Positions 45,519 through 51,814 of a stretch of 51,814 nucleotides of DNA are shown piece after piece. The DNA is from an uncultured Oscillospiraceae bacterium. Its GTDB lineage: Bacteria; Bacillota; Clostridia; Oscillospirales; CAG-382. Each line of letters opens with the position of its first letter. Position 1 is the stretch's first letter. Made by a program: the position numbers and the translations under genes. The notes under the pieces are model-generated. The model was not told the DNA's origin. It saw only the letters and a program-made list of their open reading frames with translations, and did no database searches. The stretch lies in assembly GCA_964522305.1 (NCBI GenBank), contig CAZFVM010000001.1, positions 1-51,814 on the forward strand. The letters run 5' to 3'.

Positions 45519-47159
45519 ATGACAAAAAACCAAGGCATTTTTTCCGGCGAAAAGCGTCCGGTTGTAATGATAATCATGGATGGTGTCGGTATATCCGAGG
45601 GCACAGAAGGTAACGCGGTCAAGTCCGCCTACACTCCCACTCTGGATATGCTGGAGAAAAACTATCCTCTAAACAAGCTCAAAGCCCATGGTACCGCTGT
45701 AGGTCTGCCCTCGGATGAAGATATGGGCAATTCCGAGGTGGGGCACAACGCCTTGGGAGCGGGGCAGGTATACGCCCAGGGTTCTAAGCTGGTAAGCAGT
45801 GCCATTGAGAGCAAAAGGATTTTTGCTTCCGACACCTGGAAGGGGCTTGTATCCCATTGCAAGGACCGAGGGGCTTTGCATTTTATCGGGTTGTTTTCTG
45901 ACGGTAATGTTCATTCTCATATAGATCATCTAAAGGCGCTTATAGCAAAGGCGAAAGAAGAAGGGGTAAAGAAGGTCAGAATCCATATCCTGCTGGACGG
46001 CAGGGATGTGGGGGAGACCAGTGCCCTTGATTATGTGGAGCCCTTCGAGGAGTTCTTGGCATCCCTCAACGGGGAAGGGTTTGATTCGAAAATCGCTTCC
46101 GGCGGGGGTAGGATGGTAATAACCATGGACCGCTATGAGGCGGACTGGAGTATGGTGGAGCGAGGCTGGAAGACCCATGTATTGGGTGAAGGCAGGATGT
46201 TTGCAAGTGCCTCGGAAGCCATCACCACCTACAGGGAAGAAACCGGCAAGATAGACCAAGACCTGCCGGCTTTTGTAGTATCCGAAGACGGGCAGCCCGT
46301 CGGAAGGATAACAGATGGGGACAGCGTGGTGCTCTTTAACTTCCGAGGGGACCGTTCCATAGAGATTTCCCGAGCTTTTGAAGAGCCGGATTTCGATATA
46401 TTCGACAGGGGCGGTGTACCCGACATTAAGTTTGCCGGGATGTTGGAATATGACGGTGACGCCCATATCCCCAAGAGCTATCTCGTATCTCCGCCGGAGA
46501 TAAAGAACACCTTGGGGGAATACATGGCACAAAGGGGCATTTATCAATTAGCCATGAGTGAGACCCAAAAGTTCGGGCATGTGACCTACTTCTGGAACGG
46601 CAACAGGAGCGGTAAGTTCTCGGAAGAGACCGAGGAGTATATTCTTATACCTTCGGATTTGGTTCCCTTCGAGGAGCGTCCCTGGATGCAGTCGGCACTG
46701 ATCGCCGACAAGCTTATCGAGAAGATAGAAGAAGGCAGGTTTGACTTTTTGCGGGTTAACTTCCCCAACGGTGATATGGTGGGACATACCGGGAACTTCT
46801 TTGCCACCAAGATTGCCGTTGAGGCATTGGACTTGGCGTTGGAGAGGGTTTTGAAGGCAGTGGACAAAGCTAAGGGCATCGCTATAATCACGGCGGACCA
46901 CGGCAACGCCGACGAGATGTACGAGACAGACAAGTCCGGCAACCCCAAGAAAGACGAAAAGGGCAAGTTCAAGGCAAAGACCAGCCACACCCTAAACCCC
47001 GTGCCCTGTTTCTTTTATGATAATTATTATTCTGACAAATATACTGTCAAAGACGGGGACTTCGGTTTGTCCAACGTCGCTTCTACCGTAGCCACCCTTA
47101 TGGGGCTCACCCCTCTGGATATGTGGGACAAGTCCATGGTAGAACTCAAAAAGGATTAA
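45519..47159 (+). CDS. gpmI: 2,3-bisphosphoglycerate-independent phosphoglycerate mutase
   Basis: 546 aa, MDGVGISE..., NSEVGHNALGAG, ...TADHGNADEM, the alkaline-phosphatase-superfamily iPGM motifs. Confidence 0.9.
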   Translation: MTKNQGIFSGEKRPVVMIIMDGVGISEGTEGNAVKSAYTPTLDMLEKNYPLNKLKAHGTAVGLPSDEDMGNSEVGHNALGAGQVYAQGSKLVSSAIESKRIFASDTWKGLVSHCKDRGALHFIGLFSDGNVHSHIDHLKALIAKAKEEGVKKVRIHILLDGRDVGETSALDYVEPFEEFLASLNGEGFDSKIASGGGRMVITMDRYEADWSMVERGWKTHVLGEGRMFASASEAITTYREETGKIDQDLPAFVVSEDGQPVGRITDGDSVVLFNFRGDRSIEISRAFEEPDFDIFDRGGVPDIKFAGMLEYDGDAHIPKSYLVSPPEIKNTLGEYMAQRGIYQLAMSETQKFGHVTYFWNGNRSGKFSEETEEYILIPSDLVPFEERPWMQSALIADKLIEKIEEGRFDFLRVNFPNGDMVGHTGNFFATKIAVEALDLALERVLKAVDKAKGIAIITADHGNADEMYETDKSGNPKKDEKGKFKAKTSHTLNPVPCFFYDNYYSDKYTVKDGDFGLSNVASTVATLMGLTPLDMWDKSMVELKKD

Positions 47160-47162
47160 TAT

Positions 47163-47837
47163 ATGCTATCTACTATTATAAACAACCCTATTATCGGGAT
47201 TTTGTTAATACCCTCTATTCTTATTGCGTTGACAGTCCACGAGCTTGCCCACGGTTATGTGGCATACAAGTGTGGGGACGACACCGCCAAGATGATGGGA
47301 AGGCTTACCCTCAACCCCATAAAGCACATGGACCTTATCGGAACATTGATGTTGTTTGTAGTTGGGTTTGGTTGGGCAAAGCCGGTACCGGTGAACACCC
47401 GTAACCTAAGAAAACCTCGACGGGATATCGCTCTGGTGTCCGTAGCCGGTGCGGTTGCCAATTTGATAATGGCGTTTTTTGGAGTGTTTTTGTTTTTTGT
47501 GGTGGACAAGTTTTTGTATGGAGTTATTCCGGATAACTTTTTTGAGACTATTTTAGATTTCTTTGGTTATTTTGTAATGATTAATACCGGGTTGGCGGTG
47601 TTCAACCTTTTGCCCATTCCCCCTTTGGACGGGTCAAAGGTACTCGCCACAATCCTACCACACAATATCGCGGCGAGATATCTGCAAGCGGAGTATTACA
47701 TCAGATATATCATCATGGGGCTGTTTATCGCATCCTATGTGATACCTCAGGTAAGCGATATAATCTTTTTCCCGATAATTTACTTTAGAGATTCGATTAT
47801 CTCCGGTTTTGTATGGGTTATGGAGCTGATTTTTTAA
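47163..47837 (+). CDS. Site-2 protease family (M50) membrane metalloprotease
   Basis: 224 aa with the HELAHG zinc motif in a TM helix and NLLPIPPLDG. Confidence 0.8.
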   Translation: MLSTIINNPIIGILLIPSILIALTVHELAHGYVAYKCGDDTAKMMGRLTLNPIKHMDLIGTLMLFVVGFGWAKPVPVNTRNLRKPRRDIALVSVAGAVANLIMAFFGVFLFFVVDKFLYGVIPDNFFETILDFFGYFVMINTGLAVFNLLPIPPLDGSKVLATILPHNIAARYLQAEYYIRYIIMGLFIASYVIPQVSDIIFFPIIYFRDSIISGFVWVMELIF

Positions 47838-47841
47838 CACC

Positions 47842-48573
47842 ATGGATAATATAAACCTCAAGATAGAGCAATACGAAGGACCACTGGATTTGCTTTTGTC
47901 CTTGATTGCAAAACACAAGATTAATATTTTTGATATCCCCATCTCCGAGATAACCGAGCAATACATGGAACATATTAACAGTATGGTTGTTCTTAATATG
48001 GAGGTAACCGGAGAGTTTATAGCCATGGCGGCAGAGCTCATGCTCATAAAGTCCAAGTTGCTCTTGCCAAAGCAGGAGGGGGAAGAGGACCCGAGGCAAC
48101 CTTTGGTAGACGCTTTGTTGGAGCATCAAAGGGCGAAGCTGGCGGCAGAGTTTTTAAAAAAGCAAAGCGAAGAGTATTACGACCGCTATACAAAGGAGCC
48201 GGACACCTTAGACGGAGTTTATACCCGGTTGCATGCCGTTTCTTTGTTACAAGAGGCCTTTTTGCATATAGCCGAGAGGGCTCAGTTTGAGACTAAGAAG
48301 GTAGAAGAACAGCTTTTTACAAAGATAGAGAACGAGAGATATTACACCGTCGGCGAAAAGGTAGTGTTCTTGCTGAGACTGCTGACCCGAAGACAGGGGC
48401 GGCTGCCCTTTGAAGATGTCTTTGAGGGTTCCCAAAGTCGGGGAGAGTTAGTGGCAGTCTTTCTGGCGGTATTAGAGGCGGTAAGCAAGGGCAGAGTGGA
48501 TGTAGAAAAAGAAAAGGGGCAGTTGTTCCTTCTACTTATAAAGAAACCTAAGGAGGAACGCGTTTTAGCATAA
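47842..48573 (+). CDS. scpA: Segregation and condensation protein A
   Basis: 243 aa, FEGPLDLLLSLIAKHKINIFDIPISEIT. Confidence 0.9.
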   Translation: MDNINLKIEQYEGPLDLLLSLIAKHKINIFDIPISEITEQYMEHINSMVVLNMEVTGEFIAMAAELMLIKSKLLLPKQEGEEDPRQPLVDALLEHQRAKLAAEFLKKQSEEYYDRYTKEPDTLDGVYTRLHAVSLLQEAFLHIAERAQFETKKVEEQLFTKIENERYYTVGEKVVFLLRLLTRRQGRLPFEDVFEGSQSRGELVAVFLAVLEAVSKGRVDVEKEKGQLFLLLIKKPKEERVLA

Positions 48574-49241
48574 TGGCTGTAAAAAGAGAGATTCTTGCCG
48601 CGGCGGAGGCTATATTGTTCGCCTGCGGCAGCCCGGTACAACGGGAAAAGTTAACCGACATACTTAATATTTCGAACCGGGAGTTAAACGAGGTCATAGA
48701 TATATTGACCGAGCGATACGAAGAATACGACAGAGGAATTGCCCTGATTTCTATAGAAGACTCCTATCAGCTTTGCACCAAGCCCTTTGTTGCGGAGCAG
48801 GTAAAGATGGCTTTGGAATTACGAAAGGCACCTCCCTTGTCAAAGGCGGCATTGGAAGTACTCGCCATTGTTGCCTACAACCAGCCGGTCACCAGGTCCT
48901 TTGTGGAAATGGTGAGAGGGGTGGACTCCACCTACATCCTATCCGGATTATCGGATAAGGGGCTAATCTCCGAGCAGGGAACCTTAGATGCCCCGGGCAG
49001 ACCTATACTTTATGGTACCACCGATAACTTCCTTAGGTGTTTTGGGTTGGAGAGCCTAAAGGAGTTACCCAAGGCGGACTTGGAATCCGGAGACAATCAG
49101 ATGTCCTTTGACCTGCATGGGGAGGACGGCGAGGAAGAGACTTCCTTGACCGAGGCTCCGACTTCCCCCGATGAGGGCGAAGTATCTGCCGATGACCGGG
49201 TACCGGACCGGGACCCACATTCCCCTTTGGACCAAGAATAA
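48573..49241 (+). CDS. scpB: Segregation and condensation protein B
   Basis: 222 aa, EAILFACGSPV...LEVLAIVAYNQPVTRSFVEMVRGV. The start overlaps the scpA stop (TAATG). Confidence 0.9.
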   Translation: MAVKREILAAAEAILFACGSPVQREKLTDILNISNRELNEVIDILTERYEEYDRGIALISIEDSYQLCTKPFVAEQVKMALELRKAPPLSKAALEVLAIVAYNQPVTRSFVEMVRGVDSTYILSGLSDKGLISEQGTLDAPGRPILYGTTDNFLRCFGLESLKELPKADLESGDNQMSFDLHGEDGEEETSLTEAPTSPDEGEVSADDRVPDRDPHSPLDQE

Positions 49242-49281
49242 TTACACCGCGGGGATATAGCAACAGAGAGGGGGAGAGATA

Positions 49282-49887
49282 TTGACCTGGCTTTATATAT
49301 TGATAGGTATTGCACTCCTGACTTTGTTGTTCTTATGGACAAAAGCTACGGTACATGTATCCTATAAACAGGAAGAAATAGGGGTTAAACTCAAGTTTGG
49401 GTTGTTTCGGTTCAATCTTTATCCTCCTAAGGAAGAAGAAAAGATAGAGAAAAAGCCTAAGGTCAAGAAGAAAAAACCGCCAAAGAAAAAGCCAAAGGAT
49501 AAGGTAAAACCTCCGTTAAAAGAAGTAATCCATCTGGTAAAGGACTTAGTTGTCGAAACCATACACAAGTTTGGCAAATATCTCAGGTTAGAAGAGTACC
49601 GGGTAAAGATATTGGTGGCGACCGAGGACCCGGCGATGACCGGGGTAATATACGGAGTAGTGAGCGGAGTGCTGGGCAGTATTGCGGTATATGTGCAAAA
49701 CCTACCGCGAAAGACTAACAATAAAAAACTAATATATACCGAGGTAAAACCGGATTTTATCGCCACCGATTATGAACTGTTCGTCTCCTTTGCCGTTTCG
49801 CTCAGGGTTTGGCAGTTGATGTCCTTGGGGGTGACGGGGGGAAGAGGATTGCTCAGGTACACAGCTTTGACAAAGAAAGAAGATTGA
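49282..49887 (+). CDS. DUF2953-like (YtfI-like) sporulation-associated membrane protein
   Basis: 201 aa with a TTG start after a GGGGGAGAG purine tract, an N-terminal TM helix and a lysine-rich linker (KKPKVKKKKPPKKKPKDK). It lies upstream of a ytfJ-like gene. Confidence 0.5.
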   Translation: MTWLYILIGIALLTLLFLWTKATVHVSYKQEEIGVKLKFGLFRFNLYPPKEEEKIEKKPKVKKKKPPKKKPKDKVKPPLKEVIHLVKDLVVETIHKFGKYLRLEEYRVKILVATEDPAMTGVIYGVVSGVLGSIAVYVQNLPRKTNNKKLIYTEVKPDFIATDYELFVSFAVSLRVWQLMSLGVTGGRGLLRYTALTKKED

Positions 49888-49902
49888 TTTTTTGACAAAT
49901 AT

Positions 49903-50436
49903 ATGGAAAAAGCCCGGCAGTTCCGGGGAAAGGATGATTTTGACGTGAACAAAGAGATACCCCTAAAACAAATAATAGACGCAGCCTTGTCTAAGATAGG
50001 CAGCGTGGCAGATGTCAACACAGTTATCGGCGACCCCATCAAGCTCCCCGAAGGAGTAACCGTCATACCGTTTTCCAAGGTAAGTGTAGGGTTTGCTTCC
50101 GGAGGCGCGGAGTACGGAGGACTAAAGCCGGACGAAAAAACTCCGTCGATACCCCATTCCCCCAACTTTGCAGGGGGCAACGGCGCCGGAGTAAGCGTAA
50201 CCCCCATGGGGTTTTTGGTGATAGACAAAACCGGGGTCAGGATGTTAGACCTAAAGCGGGGGGATGCTTATACCCCGGACCCGGTAGCCAAGGTTATGAA
50301 CTCCATAGATTCACTGATTGACCGAGCACCTGACCTGGCGAAGAAGGTCAAAAACACTTTTAAGAAAGATAAAAAAGAAAGCACCTTAGATGAAGATATC
50401 GAAGAAGCGGTAACCAAGGCTGTAGAAGAGGAATAA
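49903..50436 (+). CDS. ytfJ: GerW/YtfJ-family sporulation protein
   Basis: 177 aa, DVNTVIGDPIKLPEGVTVIPFSKVSVGFASGGAEYGG, characteristic of YtfJ/GerW. Confidence 0.75.
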   Translation: MEKARQFRGKDDFDVNKEIPLKQIIDAALSKIGSVADVNTVIGDPIKLPEGVTVIPFSKVSVGFASGGAEYGGLKPDEKTPSIPHSPNFAGGNGAGVSVTPMGFLVIDKTGVRMLDLKRGDAYTPDPVAKVMNSIDSLIDRAPDLAKKVKNTFKKDKKESTLDEDIEEAVTKAVEEE

Positions 50437-50527
50437 AATTTTTTTGTGTCTTTGAGTGCCGACAAAACAATTGATAGCTTCCAAGCAACCAAAAAGATGC
50501 ATTTGCAAAAAACGAGGTTAACACACC

Positions 50528-51277
50528 ATAAATAGCGAAACTGTAAAACTACAAAAATATGTTTCTGCCTGCGGGCTTATGTCCCGCCGCTCCGCCGAGG
50601 CAGAGATAGTCAAAGGGTATTTTGAGATAAACGGCGAAAAAGCGAAAATCGGGGACAGGGTAGACCCAAAGAAAGACCGGGTAAGTTACAAAGGAAAACC
50701 CATAAAACCTGTAACCCAGAAGGTATATATATGCCTAAATAAGCCAAAAGGGTATGTGACAACCTTAAAAGACGATCGGGGCAGGAAAGACATAACCCAG
50801 CTCGTCGAAGAGGTCAACACCAGGGTCTATCCCGTGGGAAGGTTGGATATAGATAGCGAAGGGCTGGTCATACTCACCAATGACGGTGAGTTTGCCAATC
50901 GTCTGATGCATCCCAGCGGAGGCATACAGAAGGTTTATTTGGTCACTGTAAAAGGCAAAATCGAAAACCAAGTCATTGATGGCTTAAGGGAAATGAGGAT
51001 GTTGGAAGACCAACCCATAGCCCCGGTGTCCGTGGAACTGATGTTTAGAGAACAGGAAAGAAGTCGGATAAAGATGACCCTTATCGAAGGTAAGAATCGA
51101 CAGATACGCCGTATGTGTGAGGCTTTTGGGTTGGAAGTAACAGATTTGGTGCGTATAAAAATCGGAGGAGTTTTGTTGAGCTCCCTGCCAACCGGGAAAT
51201 GGAGAACCCTGACAAAATGGGAGATACAATCCTTGACCCCAAAGTCGGCGGGAGGTCGAAAAAATGAAAAAACATAA
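50528..51277 (+). CDS. rluB: rRNA pseudouridine synthase (RluB/RsuA family); the 5' end probably uses a non-canonical start
   Basis: Catalytic GRLDIDSEGLVILTNDG motif. The S4 domain consensus (KLQKYVSACGLMSRRSAE...) begins 33 nt upstream of the first ATG (50579). The only near-cognate in-frame start after the stop at 50519-50521 is ATA at 50528, with GAGG 11 nt upstream. Confidence 0.7.
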   Translation: MNSETVKLQKYVSACGLMSRRSAEAEIVKGYFEINGEKAKIGDRVDPKKDRVSYKGKPIKPVTQKVYICLNKPKGYVTTLKDDRGRKDITQLVEEVNTRVYPVGRLDIDSEGLVILTNDGEFANRLMHPSGGIQKVYLVTVKGKIENQVIDGLREMRMLEDQPIAPVSVELMFREQERSRIKMTLIEGKNRQIRRMCEAFGLEVTDLVRIKIGGVLLSSLPTGKWRTLTKWEIQSLTPKSAGGRKNEKT

Positions 51278-51752
51278 GAAAACCAAAGTTTATATCACGA
51301 CGATTCTTTTGTTACTTACCTTAGCCATGACCGGATTTATCTTTTCTAACTCCCTAAAGGATGGGGCAACTTCCTCAGCACAAAGCGGAAAGGTGGTTGA
51401 GGTTGTCGAGAATTTGGCTGATAAAGTCGGGGTGGAAATAAACAAAGAAAAACTTCCCCATAAAGTGCGCAAAACCGCACATTTTACAGAGTTTGCACTC
51501 CTTGGTATATTGGGGTTTTTGACCTTACTTAGCCTCGGAGCTGCGGATTGGGTTTTGTTTTTTGCTCCCCTGGGATACAGCGGGGTGATTGCGGCGATGG
51601 ACGAATATCTGCAGACCTTTTCCCCGGGCAGAGCGGGCCAGCTGCAGGATGTGGCACTGGATGTTTCCGGAGCAGCCATCGGGATTGCACTTAGTTTTGC
51701 GGTGTTTTGGCTGATAAGGTATAAAACAACAAAAAAACAAAGCCGGGGTTAA
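51264..51752 (+). CDS. VanZ-family membrane protein
   Basis: 162 aa with four TM segments, ...RKTAHFTEFALLG...DEYLQTFSPGRAGQLQDVALD. GGAGG SD. Overlaps the rluB 3' end. Confidence 0.7.
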   Translation: MKKHKKTKVYITTILLLLTLAMTGFIFSNSLKDGATSSAQSGKVVEVVENLADKVGVEINKEKLPHKVRKTAHFTEFALLGILGFLTLLSLGAADWVLFFAPLGYSGVIAAMDEYLQTFSPGRAGQLQDVALDVSGAAIGIALSFAVFWLIRYKTTKKQSRG

Positions 51753-51814
51753 AACTTCGGGTTTTTGCAAATACAATATTTTGACATAAATTTATGGTAA
51801 GAATTATCTAAGAC

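Noticed and set aside
1-51814. Search for CRISPR repeats, IS elements or transposases, integrases, toxin-antitoxin or defence-island genes, and tRNA/rRNA genes
   Set aside because: No regularly spaced direct repeats, no recombinase or transposase-like ORFs and no cloverleaf-like sequences turned up in the intergenic regions. All sizeable ORFs are accounted for by housekeeping or conserved hypothetical families.

Overview
This window looks like core chromosome from a spore-forming Clostridia-class Firmicute. The support is the ytfI/ytfJ-like sporulation genes, ECF transporter modules, a dockerin-bearing secreted enzyme and Bacillus/Clostridium-type gene order. Coding density is very high. Nearly all genes are housekeeping: pgsA, truA, ecfTA2A1, ruvABC, acpP, ktrAB, nagA, valS, pcrA, radC, efp, hslO, leuS, nadD, recN, argR, nadK, dxs, ispA, xseAB, nusB, gpmI, scpAB and rluB. 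I found no rRNA, tRNA, CRISPR array, transposase, integrase or prophage signature. The main unexplained feature is a 787-nt gap at 41583-42369, free of credible ORFs, inside an otherwise tightly packed 18-kb minus-strand gene run. The gap lies between ispA and a small basic-tailed membrane protein that is translationally coupled to dxs. On the minus strand it shows a long-range closing helix, a GNRA-capped hairpin and wobble pairs valid only on that strand. Its size and the context ispA - RNA - membrane protein - dxs - nadK - argR - recN match published descriptions of OLE (ornate, large, extremophilic) RNA and its partner OapA. I call it an OLE-class large structured ncRNA pending a covariance-model search. 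Secondary observations are listed below.
- An in-frame yqeK-rsfS fusion that keeps an internal SD and ATG.
- An rluB whose S4 domain starts upstream of any canonical start codon.
- A multidomain dockerin-bearing SGNH hydrolase with two tandem N-terminal domains I cannot assign.
- A hyper-acidic zinc-ribbon protein.
- A ROK kinase with an unassigned N-terminal extension of about 147 aa.
- A DUF3137-LemA-KtrB overlap cluster.
- An operator-like inverted repeat around an MFS transporter promoter.
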